Notes: generated by a model from the sequence alone, not told the origin. Shown: positions 1 through 7,841, counted from the stretch's first letter. The stretch is DNA of 17,725 bases from an uncultured Candidatus Sumerlaeota bacterium (GCA_964440195.1 CAYTRP010000005.1:1757-19481), one strand, 5' to 3'. Made by a program: numbers and translations.

Positions 1-1
1 C

Positions 2-613
2 GTCGATATCAAAGTGCTGATGGAGGACAAGGAAACCGGACTTCTGACCGCGCTGACGCGGCTTGCGCCCGGGGCCGTACTGCCGGATCACGAGCACGTG
101 GACATCGAACAGAGCTACGTTCTCGAAGGTGAATTCAAGAGTGAGTCGCCCGGGACCGTCTCGATCCGCGCGGAAGGGTTCTTCGCGGGCAAGCCCGTCG
201 TCCTGACCCTGGACGCCGACGGACAGACGATGAAGGGCGGAAACGGGACGGAGACCTTTGAACTCGCCCAACCGGCGGCCTTGCGCGAGGCGGTCATCCT
301 GGGCCTCACCCGCATGGGGCTGCTTCACAACCTTGCGCGCCTGAACATGGGACAGCCACCCGACCGCGCGGAGGGGGGCATCGCGGAATGGATCCGGACA
401 CGCTACATCCTCGACACGGACCTGACGCAGGAGCACCGCGAGTTCCGCGCCCTGAATGTCTCCCTCTATGTCACCGACGAGCATGTCGCCGATGCAGTCT
501 TCGCGACGGACACCGTGCATCTCCTTCCCGCCTATCGCCGCCAGACGGTGTACTTTGAATCAAAGAAGATGACCGTGTCGGAGGATTACGAACATCTGCC
601 GGCAAACAAGTGA
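2..613 (+). CDS. Cupin-motif protein, probably 5'-partial (the reading frame is open to the window edge; the first ATG is at 14)
   Basis: Residues PGAVLPDHEHVDIEQSYVLEG match cupin motif 1, G(X)5HXH(X)3E(X)6G, exactly. Only about 20 aa lie before the motif if translation starts at ATG 14, and no ribosome-binding site fits inside the window, so the gene likely starts upstream of position 1. It is a paralog of the 886-1580 gene, sharing the blocks GLTRMGLLHNLARL, GGNG and MTV.E.YE.L. Confidence 0.6.
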   Translation, partial: VDIKVLMEDKETGLLTALTRLAPGAVLPDHEHVDIEQSYVLEGEFKSESPGTVSIRAEGFFAGKPVVLTLDADGQTMKGGNGTETFELAQPAALREAVILGLTRMGLLHNLARLNMGQPPDRAEGGIAEWIRTRYILDTDLTQEHREFRALNVSLYVTDEHVADAVFATDTVHLLPAYRRQTVYFESKKMTVSEDYEHLPANK

Positions 614-680
614 CGGGCTTGTAGACCGCCTTGCTGTTTGGCGTGACCGTTTTGTCGACAGGCCCATCCGGACGGCGGGG

Positions 681-705
681 AGTGACGCGAGTGACGCAGT
701 GACGC
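681..705. repeat. Three direct tandem copies of AGTGACGC (681-688, 690-697, 698-705) in the 260-bp intergenic region
   Basis: Read directly from the sequence: agtgacgc g agtgacgc agtgacgc gg. It lies about 180 bp upstream of the lipoprotein gene start. Confidence 0.5.
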
Positions 706-885
706 GGCTTTTAGGAGTTGGAAAACTTCAGAGTGAGCGGCGCTCGCGGAAACTTCGCCTTCCTCCCCCGCGGGGGGCACCATGTACCTGTCGCTTACCT
801 GGGATGAAGAAATTGCCGCTTGATTGCAGGTTTGAAGTGTGTGCCGATACCGTGGTCATGAAGTAGGCGACCGGTGGAGGTGGTC

Positions 886-1580
886 ATGGTACGCACTGCG
901 TTCCTTCTTTTGGCGGGACTTGTTTTGCTCGGCGCCTGTAGCCATGCGGGGAAGCGGGCGAACTTGGATGGCAATCTTGCTGCCCTTACCGCGCCGCAGT
1001 TTTTTGCCGCCGTCGAGGAGCGCCTTCTAGGCGCCTCGCCGCTGTCCGTGCGGTATGTCATCCACTCCAAGGGCAGTTCAACGCGGACTTCACCGGCACG
1101 CTCCATTTCGGCAAGGATGGAAGCACTACCTTGAACGCCGATGGCGCCTTTGGCGACAAGCCCATGCAACTTTTGCTGAAGTCCGATGGAAACACCATGA
1201 CCGGTGGCAACGGCATGCGGACGTTCTCCAGCGAGGAACCGCCAGCCCTGCGCGAGGCGCTTGTCATTGGGCTGACACGCATGGGGCTGCTGCACAACCT
1301 CGCGCGACTGACGGCCAACGCTCCACCCGGCCGCGCGGAGGGCGGTGTGCGGGAGTTCGTGGAGGTCCGGGACATCGTGGACAGCGAAGCGGCGCCTGTC
1401 GTCGACAATGCGCGTGTTCTTTCCCTGTCCATCTACGTATCCGACACGAACGTCGCCGACGCGACATTGCACGCCGACGCCCGCACCGGCCTTCCCATCA
1501 GACGCGAGCAAACCGTGCGCTTTCCCGGCGGGTCGATGACGGTTGTGGAGGAGTATGAGTTTCTTGCCGGAGAGGAGTAA
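886..1580 (+). pseudogene. Frameshifted lipoprotein paralog of the cupin protein. The N-terminal part (886-~1062, continuing to a stop at 1134) and the C-terminal part (~1065-1580; listed as ORF 1131-1580) lie in different frames.
   Basis: GGAGG at 876-880 sits 5 nt before ATG 886. The N-terminus MVRTAFLLLAGLVLLGAC|S is a lipoprotein signal peptide with lipobox LGAC. Frame +1 reads ...VRYVIHSKG...stop at 1134. Frame +3 from ~1065 reads LQGQFNADFTG..., which aligns with LEGEFKSESPG of the 2-613 paralog, so a 1-nt indel lies near 1062-1065. The cupin HXH motif is lost (RYVIHS). Confidence 0.5.
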
Positions 1581-1583
1581 AAG

Positions 1584-2189
1584 ATGCCCGCAAAGACGCC
1601 AGGTGCCAGTTCACGAAGGGCACTTCTCATCGGCTTATTGGTGATGATCGGCCTGCTGACAGGTTTGATCGTTCTTGTAACAAGCGCCGCTGGAATTTTG
1701 TACGCGATGAAACCCGCCCCGCCTTCGGAATCCGTGATTCCAGTGGGTGCAAATCCACCAAGAGGCTTCTACTACCTCGCTTATCCCGTCGGGCCGACGG
1801 TCATGGTGGAGGTTCCCGACGCCCCTTCCGTGACGTTGGATCGCACCGTCCTTCTTTCCCATGAAGAAGTGATTTCGGAGGAACCGGTGGAAGTATGGCT
1901 TAACCAAGGCGGTTCCGGCCGAGTCAAGCGCGAGGAACTGACCCTGATGCCGCCAAGCGAGCCGGAAGCGAAACGGCTTCTCGGCAACCACAACGCCTTC
2001 ATCGCCGCAAACCAGCAGGATTACGATTGGCGGCACATCTCCAGTGCCTGGTCCCGGTCAGAGGATGGTATGCTTGTGGAGTTGAAGGCGGTGCCACACC
2101 TCCGGTACACAATCAGCGTTTACCGCATCGATGATGATGGCGCGGTCACGCCAGTCGAAATGCGCGTGGAACGCCTAGGAAGATTCTGA
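1584..2189 (+). CDS. Membrane-anchored hypothetical protein with one N-terminal TM helix
   Basis: ATG lies 4 nt after the preceding stop, with a strong RBS GGAGAGGAG. The N-terminus SSRRALLIGLLVMIGLLTGLIVLVTSAAGILYA is hydrophobic. I recognise no known domain. Confidence 0.55.
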   Translation: MPAKTPGASSRRALLIGLLVMIGLLTGLIVLVTSAAGILYAMKPAPPSESVIPVGANPPRGFYYLAYPVGPTVMVEVPDAPSVTLDRTVLLSHEEVISEEPVEVWLNQGGSGRVKREELTLMPPSEPEAKRLLGNHNAFIAANQQDYDWRHISSAWSRSEDGMLVELKAVPHLRYTISVYRIDDDGAVTPVEMRVERLGRF

Positions 2190-2260
2190 AGCCACTCCAC
2201 ATGTGCGACAAGCTGGCCGATGCGCCGGAAGCAAGCTATGCGGCCCGAAGACGACAGTAA

Positions 2261-2295
2261 GTTTCCACAGTCCAAAGAACGACTTTCGTGGAAAC
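2261..2295 (-). terminator. Hairpin GTTTCCAC-N19-GTGGAAAC between convergent genes; possible terminator of the minus-strand operon
   Basis: Perfect 8-bp inverted repeat at 2261-2268 and 2288-2295, about 10 nt downstream of the DUF3144 stop on the minus strand. The minus-strand RNA after it (UUACUGUCGUCUUC) is only moderately U-rich, so the call is weak. Confidence 0.3.
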
Positions 2296-2305
2296 AATCA
2301 ACCGC

Positions 2306-2659
2306 TCAATGCTCATGCCCGCAATCCGGGCCATGTTCATGATCGTGTTCGTGCTCGTGCTTGTGGCCTTGCTGGCCCAAGGGCGTGTCGAGGTTATCCT
2401 CCAACATGGCCTCGAACTGGCCGATCAAATAGCCAATCGTCTCCTCGCGCGAATGCAGGTGCTGTCCATAGTTTTGCCACATGAAGGCACTGTAGCGAGC
2501 CGCGGCGAACATCATGGCGGCGGCCAGCTTGGAGGGGGAGGCTTCGCGCGACAGGTGGTTCGCCAGGTTGATGAACTCGTCCACGGTGTCCATGAAGGCA
2601 GCCATCTCCTCCTTGGTGGGTTCGCCAAAGTCCGGGGCGCCTTCCTGTTCGCTGCTCAT
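2306..2659 (-). CDS. DUF3144-like small protein with a C-terminal His-rich tail (HKHEHEHDHEHGPDCGHEH)
   Basis: The core EEMAAFMDTVDEFINLANHL...LAAAMMFAAARYSAFMW resembles DUF3144 as I recall it. Its start overlaps the stop of the upstream SGNH gene by 4 bp (2656-2659). About 10 of the last 19 residues are His, which suggests metal binding. Confidence 0.6.
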   Translation of the reverse strand: MSSEQEGAPDFGEPTKEEMAAFMDTVDEFINLANHLSREASPSKLAAAMMFAAARYSAFMWQNYGQHLHSREETIGYLIGQFEAMLEDNLDTPLGQQGHKHEHEHDHEHGPDCGHEH

Positions 2660-3717
2660 GGTGCGCTCCTTGTCTCGTCGAGGGTCGCCCGGAGCGCCGG
2701 CTCCATCGCTTCGGCCATCTGAAGAAAGCCGAGATCCGTCGGGTGAATGCCGTCCACGGTCCCTTCCTCCGGCCCTCGCAGCAGCGTTGCGCCGTCGACG
2801 ACGCGGTAATTGCCAATGCCCTTTTCCTTCAGGATGGCTAGTGCCTTCTCGAAGTGCGCATCGGAAGCGCGGCGCTTGATGTGCCCAACCAAGATCAGCG
2901 GCACGCCGGGGCGATGTTCGCGCAGGCGCTCGATGAAGGGGACGAAGCGCTCGTCGATCAACTCGTCGGTCATGTTGGGGAAGGCGTCGAGCACGTACAT
3001 TTCCGCGTCGATTTCGCCGAGGAAGTCCGCGATTTCAGGCTCCATCTTGGCCGATCCCGAGAAGCCCAGGTTCACCGTCGGCCAATCCAGCCAACGTGCG
3101 AGAATCGAAGTATGGGCCATCCCCGGGCGTGACGCACAGCCACCCTGCACGATGGAGGTGCCGTAATGCACGACAGGCTTGCGGGTATCCACGGGCGCGG
3201 GCTCGATGCGCGCGCCTTCGTCAACGCCGATGCGCAGGTAATCCACGTTGTGGTAAAGGGGCAGATAAACGCGGTACTCGGTCATCTCCGCCGGGCGGTT
3301 CTCGGTCATCGTGCGCGTGGTGTCGCCCTCCAGCGGCCGCCCATTCGCGACAAACACCCACTTGCCGTCGTCGCCACGGCGATAAAGGTCGAGCCCACTC
3401 ATGCCCGTGGCGGGCATGTGCGGCATGGCGCCGCCGCCGCTCCAGTTCGCGTGAACCGCCGGGCTGTCGGTGACAAAGCGCACGGACACGCCCGCCGTGT
3501 TGTGGCTGAGGCGCCAGACCAACGGCGTCACCAATTCCTCCGCCCGCGCGGGCAAACGCGAGTAAGTCGTGGAGGTCTCCACCCAACCGCGCCCTTCCAG
3601 CGTCAACTCGTGGGCGTCCACCCATTGGCGGGTGTCGGGGGGGTGTTCCTCATTGGTATCAGCCGCCACGGCTCCCACGAGAAACATCATCATCGTCGCC
3701 ACCAGCATCTTTGACAT
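2656..3717 (-). CDS. Secreted SGNH/GDSL-type hydrolase (esterase/deacylase-like) with an N-terminal beta-rich domain
   Basis: The start is chosen at the internal Met (MSKMLVATMMMFLVGAVAA|DT, a signal peptide). The longer ORF back to 4035 has a Trp/Arg-rich non-protein-like N-terminus. The SGNH block I (GTSIVQGGCA) and the catalytic DxxH block (DGIHPTD) are near the C-terminus. Confidence 0.6.
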   Translation of the reverse strand: MSKMLVATMMMFLVGAVAADTNEEHPPDTRQWVDAHELTLEGRGWVETSTTYSRLPARAEELVTPLVWRLSHNTAGVSVRFVTDSPAVHANWSGGGAMPHMPATGMSGLDLYRRGDDGKWVFVANGRPLEGDTTRTMTENRPAEMTEYRVYLPLYHNVDYLRIGVDEGARIEPAPVDTRKPVVHYGTSIVQGGCASRPGMAHTSILARWLDWPTVNLGFSGSAKMEPEIADFLGEIDAEMYVLDAFPNMTDELIDERFVPFIERLREHRPGVPLILVGHIKRRASDAHFEKALAILKEKGIGNYRVVDGATLLRGPEEGTVDGIHPTDLGFLQMAEAMEPALRATLDETRSAP

Positions 3718-4636
3718 CGGGGAACCGCCTTTCCGCGTCGGGATCGTGAAGCAATGCCTTCCGGACGTAGCCATCGAACAACTCGTCGAGGTGGTCAAGC
3801 CAGCGCTGCTGGACACCGAGGACAATTCGCCATGCAGGATAGTACACAATCGCGAGGGCAACCGACAACAGGACACAAAAAACCGCCGTCCCCATTGCCA
3901 AAGACCCTTCGAGGCGTTCCACCACTTCCGTGACCGCGATATAGACAACCAGCATGCCCACCGAAGCCAAGCCAGCCAGCGCAAGAATCGGCACCGATGC
4001 AACCAGCAGTTCGAGCGTGGACCTCCCGAGACCATGTCTTTGCTTGATTGCGTGGAGGATCATGATCGGGGCAGCGAGTCTCGCCATCGACCAAGCGCCG
4101 GCGTACATCGCAAGAGTGACGGTCGCCACCAGGAGAATGGCTTCACCCCAGCCCGCGCCAATCACCCAGGCAAGGACCACCGAACCAATCAAGCCGAGCA
4201 ACCCAAAGGCGGCGGCGAACCGTGGCGCGAAGCGCGCAAATCCCAGAAGCGGGATACATGCGATCTCACTCCCTCGACAACCCGCCAGCCAGAGTTCCTT
4301 CAGAACCTCCGGGATCATGATGTTCTCATGGATCGTGGTTGAGTGGCGCCGGAAAGCAAATACTTGCTGGCAAATTATCGTCCCATAGAGAACAATCATG
4401 GAGAGCCAAAAATTGCTCCACAACAGATAGAGCGCCACGCCTATCCCAGCAAGGGAGAAAAACGGGAAACCAACCCCAAATGCGAGATGGCGCCGCCCCC
4501 TCGGCGAACGAAACCCCTCTTGCTGCACTCTTCGCCCCATTTCCTGCATTGTGACGTACAGGTCTTCGTTGACTCGCGCCGCGAGTACCGGCTCCGCCTT
4601 GCGCAGCCACGCGGGAATGGGTTCGGTGGGGTTCAT
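3659..4636 (-). CDS. Polytopic membrane protein, paralog A1 of an unrecognised family (~7-8 TM)
   Basis: The N-terminus MNPTEPIPAWLRKAEPVL, the motif ELWLAGCRGSEI and the C-terminus QQRWLDHLDELFDGYVR...DPDAER are all shared with A2 (5646-6566). There is an ATGA overlap with B1 at 4633-4636. Its 3' end overlaps the SGNH gene start by 59 bp. Confidence 0.6.
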   Translation of the reverse strand: MNPTEPIPAWLRKAEPVLAARVNEDLYVTMQEMGRRVQQEGFRSPRGRRHLAFGVGFPFFSLAGIGVALYLLWSNFWLSMIVLYGTIICQQVFAFRRHSTTIHENIMIPEVLKELWLAGCRGSEIACIPLLGFARFAPRFAAAFGLLGLIGSVVLAWVIGAGWGEAILLVATVTLAMYAGAWSMARLAAPIMILHAIKQRHGLGRSTLELLVASVPILALAGLASVGMLVVYIAVTEVVERLEGSLAMGTAVFCVLLSVALAIVYYPAWRIVLGVQQRWLDHLDELFDGYVRKALLHDPDAERRFPDVKDAGGDDDDVSRGSRGG

Positions 4637-5649
4637 GCTTTCCGTCCGGCGTCGGGATCGCGGATGATTTTTTCGCGCATGTGGCGGTCGAACTCGAGAT
4701 CGGCGATGTGCAGGGCGTCCTCAAGGCGTTCGTGGAAATACGCGCCGGGGCCAAGTCGGTGGGGAATCATGATCAGGCAAGCCATCAGAAGGAAACCCAC
4801 CTGAAGTCCGAGAACAAGCACGGGTGCCATAACAGCCATGTCGTACAGGGTTCCAATAATGAGCGCCAACACCAGGAAGAACACAGCCCAGAGAGTCAAC
4901 GCGGCCGGCCCAATACCCGGCGGGGCGTAGATATTGCTCGGCGCCTTCCCAACCTCCCACGCGGGGCGGATGAAGCCCGGTGGAATGCCGTCAAACCGGT
5001 CCATCACGGATGTCAACGGATTGAATCTTCCGTACCGCAGGTAAACACAGAACAAGTGGAGCCACACGGTTATCAGGATATAAACGACGATCCCCGCGGC
5101 ACCCACATGCGAGACCGGTTCCCAAGGCAGAACCAGGAGCGGGTACAAAAGGGCGAAAGGCAACCAGGTCCATTTCTTCATTGGCCGGTGGCACAAGACC
5201 ACATGCAGCGCCTTCACCATGTCGCGTCCGCGCACCCCCGACATCCACAAATCCTGCAACAGCGGGTTTGGCCCGGTGGCTTGCACAAGGACTGCCATGG
5301 GAACCTGTGAATGGAGAGTCCGGCGGAAGTGTCTTCCAAGAAGAATCAGACCCTGCCGGACAAGAAAGGCGAAGGCAATGCTCAGGGCGATTGCCACCAA
5401 TCCATTGATCCAGAACACATTCAACTGTCGCTGCGTTTCCAGCAGAAGCCCGAAGAAAACCATGGTGGCGGCAAGGACCGAAACGCATCCCCACCGTTGC
5501 ATGAGAAGCGGCGCGATGAAACCCGCCGGTGCCCACCGCACCCGTTTCTCCCGCACCACCATCGCCTCCACGAACGGATCGTCCTTCCACGCCTCCAGCA
5601 GCGGGTCGCGCGGGTGGAGCCATGCGTTGAGGTGGGCGCGGATACTCAT
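4633..5649 (-). CDS. Polytopic membrane protein, paralog B1 of the same module
   Basis: The N-terminus MSIRAHLNAWLHPRDPLLEAWKDDPFVEAMV, the motif DLWMSGVRGRDMVK and the C-terminus FDRHMR...DPDAGR are shared with B2. It has an ATGA overlap with A2 at 5646-5649. Confidence 0.6.
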   Translation of the reverse strand: MSIRAHLNAWLHPRDPLLEAWKDDPFVEAMVVREKRVRWAPAGFIAPLLMQRWGCVSVLAATMVFFGLLLETQRQLNVFWINGLVAIALSIAFAFLVRQGLILLGRHFRRTLHSQVPMAVLVQATGPNPLLQDLWMSGVRGRDMVKALHVVLCHRPMKKWTWLPFALLYPLLVLPWEPVSHVGAAGIVVYILITVWLHLFCVYLRYGRFNPLTSVMDRFDGIPPGFIRPAWEVGKAPSNIYAPPGIGPAALTLWAVFFLVLALIIGTLYDMAVMAPVLVLGLQVGFLLMACLIMIPHRLGPGAYFHERLEDALHIADLEFDRHMREKIIRDPDAGRKA

Positions 5650-6566
5650 GGCTGCCGCTCCGCGTCGGGGTCGTACAAATGCCTGGTACGGACGTAGATG
5701 TCGAACACGGCGTCGATGTGGTCAAGCCAGCGCTGCTGGAAAACGCGCGCCAGGGCGACGGCGGGGGGTCGCAGGACCATCAACAACACCGTGACCACCA
5801 TTAGGTAAAGGGCCACGCCGATGGCAAACGAGTAACCCTGCTGCATCGCCCACATGACGATCACCGCGAGAATTCCCTGGTTCATCAGTCCCACGAATCC
5901 CACGAGCGCGGTGACCAGGGCAGCCCACCACAGGGTGACGCCGAGCCGGCCCGCCCCGGCAAATCGCATGCGCGCGCGGTGGATCAGAAAGAGCGGCGCC
6001 ACCAATCCCGATGCCCACCACCCCATTTCGCGGGCGCACGCAAACACGACGGCGACGATCACCGCCGATTCCCAAAGGGGAATCAGGCCGCCACCCAATA
6101 CCAGCACCGCTGAAGCCCATGCAGCCGCGCCGGCAAAGGCCGTCGAGCTGGATGGCTCGGTCCGCGCAAGGCGCAGCGCCATCGCCGCCCCCAACTCGCT
6201 CCCCCGGCAGCCCGCCAACCAGAGGTCGCCAATCACCCGCTCGTCCATCAGGTTCTCCGCCGCCGTCCGCTTGCCGCGCTTGAGGATCAAAACAATCTGG
6301 CTGAGCGGCACGGCATACAGGAGGAGCATCGCCGCCGGAAAGTGCACCGGCAGAAGCAATATTCCGAGGACTACTCCGGCAAACACGAAGCCGGGGCTTG
6401 CAACATTGCGCAAGAGGAAGCGCCTGCCGCGCGGCGTCCGCCATCCTTCGCGCCGCACGCGCGCCGAGGCATCGCAGATGCACTCAAACAAGGGCAGGTG
6501 CGCGCAGAACGAGAGAACGGGCTCGGCGCGCCGCAACCAGGGGGGGAGAGGGTCTTGGGGGTTCAT
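5646..6566 (-). CDS. Polytopic membrane protein, paralog A2
   Basis: MNPQDPLPPWLRRAEPVL...DLWLAGCRGSEL...QQRWLDHIDAVFDIYVR...DPDAER. It has an ATGA overlap with B2 at 6563-6566. Confidence 0.6.
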   Translation of the reverse strand: MNPQDPLPPWLRRAEPVLSFCAHLPLFECICDASARVRREGWRTPRGRRFLLRNVASPGFVFAGVVLGILLLPVHFPAAMLLLYAVPLSQIVLILKRGKRTAAENLMDERVIGDLWLAGCRGSELGAAMALRLARTEPSSSTAFAGAAAWASAVLVLGGGLIPLWESAVIVAVVFACAREMGWWASGLVAPLFLIHRARMRFAGAGRLGVTLWWAALVTALVGFVGLMNQGILAVIVMWAMQQGYSFAIGVALYLMVVTVLLMVLRPPAVALARVFQQRWLDHIDAVFDIYVRTRHLYDPDAERQP

Positions 6567-7555
6567 TCGACCCGGCCAGCATCAGCATCCGACAAGACGA
6601 CGTGCCGAACATGGAGGTCGAACAAGCGGTCGACTTCCGTGAACTGCGATTCTATGTACTCGAAGAGCCGAGGATCGCGTTCCAGAGAAGCCACGAGCAG
6701 CAAGATGATGGAACTGATCAAGAAGATAATCTGGACGAAGAGACCAACTGTGACCGGGAGCCCAAGGTGCACGCAGAACCTGTAGGTGAGCATGCCAGCG
6801 ATCGAGGCAGTCACCAATAGGCCCGTCGACAGAATCAGGGCGGTGGCGTTGCGGAAGTCAATTCCGGCTGAACTCACTAAAACGGGACGTACGAAGGGTG
6901 GTGGCGGATCCCCTGTCAGCGCCCACGCGCCGGACAGCGGATTGGAGTTGCCATGCCGAGCAAGGTGAAAGACCCCCCGCATCCAAACAAGCAGCAACAG
7001 GTAGAGCACCAATCCACCGATGCCGTGCATGCCAACTGGTTCCCCAATCGCGATGAAGGCACCAATGGCGACGATGCAAAACAAAAAGACGGGCAGAGGC
7101 GACGACTCGGCACGATGCCCCACGTAGACCACCTTGACGATGTCCCGACCGCGAATGCCCGCCATCCAGAGGTCGCACAGGGCCGACGCGGCTCCCTGTT
7201 GCTTGATAAGCGATGCGATGGAAGTAATGGCCGCTTTCTCCGGCGGTGGAAAAAGACCGGCAAGTTTTCCGGACAGCGCGACAAAGACTCCCAGCAGAAG
7301 CGAACTCAGGAGCACTGTCATGGCTCCCCCAAATCCAAGGGCCCTCAAGGTCCGATGGGATGTCGAGAGAACGGCAAAGAGAAGAAACCACCGGAACCAG
7401 AAGGTCTGCGTGATATCATGCCGCAGCCAACCGCCGCTCCATCGCACCCGTCGCTTCCGCGCCACCATCGCCTCCACGAACGGATCATCCCTCCACGCCT
7501 CAAGGAGCGGATCGCGGGGATGGAGCCAGCGGTGGAGGCGGTCTCGGAGGTTCAT
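6563..7555 (-). CDS. Polytopic membrane protein, paralog B2; start set at the internal Met at 7555, while the ORF remains open to 7840
   Basis: From Met 7555 the protein reads MNLRDRLHRWLHPRDPLLEAWRDDPFVEAMV, which matches the B1 N-terminus. The 95 upstream codons (7556-7840) are low-complexity and have about 64% GC3 against about 80% in core genes, so they are probably non-coding. However, ATG 7838-7840 lies 1 nt after the upstream gene's TAG, so the long form cannot be excluded. Confidence 0.5.
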   Translation of the reverse strand: MNLRDRLHRWLHPRDPLLEAWRDDPFVEAMVARKRRVRWSGGWLRHDITQTFWFRWFLLFAVLSTSHRTLRALGFGGAMTVLLSSLLLGVFVALSGKLAGLFPPPEKAAITSIASLIKQQGAASALCDLWMAGIRGRDIVKVVYVGHRAESSPLPVFLFCIVAIGAFIAIGEPVGMHGIGGLVLYLLLLVWMRGVFHLARHGNSNPLSGAWALTGDPPPPFVRPVLVSSAGIDFRNATALILSTGLLVTASIAGMLTYRFCVHLGLPVTVGLFVQIIFLISSIILLLVASLERDPRLFEYIESQFTEVDRLFDLHVRHVVLSDADAGRVE

Positions 7556-7841
7556 GTTGAAAGTGTCGGTTTCCCGCTTTTGATCGAACTGCCGTGGAGT
7601 GCGCAAGCTCGCTTGCGCTTTCGGCGTCGGAAGTTTGCTTCCGATGCTCCCGTGATGCAAAGTCGAAGCCGAGGCTGGTGGGAGCGCCCCAAGCAAGCTT
7701 TGGGGCGCAAACAGCGGCAGCAAGCGGCCGCACTCCAGAGTGCGACGGCGAGGCGTTGTGACGTCTTGCTCGTGGAGAAGTGGTTCATGGAGTGTCGGCT
7801 CAGTGAAGCGAACGGCAGACGAGGATTCACGGCTCTTCATC
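7556..7841 (-). promoter_or_regulatory. Internal spacer or regulatory region in the minus-strand operon with two strong palindromes
   Basis: GCGCAAGC-TC-GCTTGCGC lies at 7601-7618. A 9-bp stem, 7-nt loop inverted repeat GCGCCCCAA-gcaagct-TTGGGGCGC lies at 7684-7708. GC3 is lower than in flanking genes. Confidence 0.3.

Noticed and set aside
874-885. GTG 874 as the start of the lipoprotein gene (the ORF-track start)
   Set aside because: ATG 886 is preceded by GGAGG at 5-nt spacing and gives a canonical lipoprotein signal peptide. GTG 874 would lie inside the RBS.
1055-1070. Programmed ribosomal frameshift joining the two halves of the lipoprotein paralog
   Set aside because: There is no slippery X XXY YYZ heptamer or poly-A/T run at the frame junction (tat gtc atc cac tcc aag). 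A simple indel or sequencing error is more parsimonious.
2656-4035. The full-length 459-aa version of the SGNH hydrolase ORF
   Set aside because: The first 106 residues (WLHRCRFLRWLAWLRWACW...) are Trp/Arg/Cys-rich nonsense lying antisense or out of frame within the A1 gene. An internal Met at 3717 gives a proper signal peptide.
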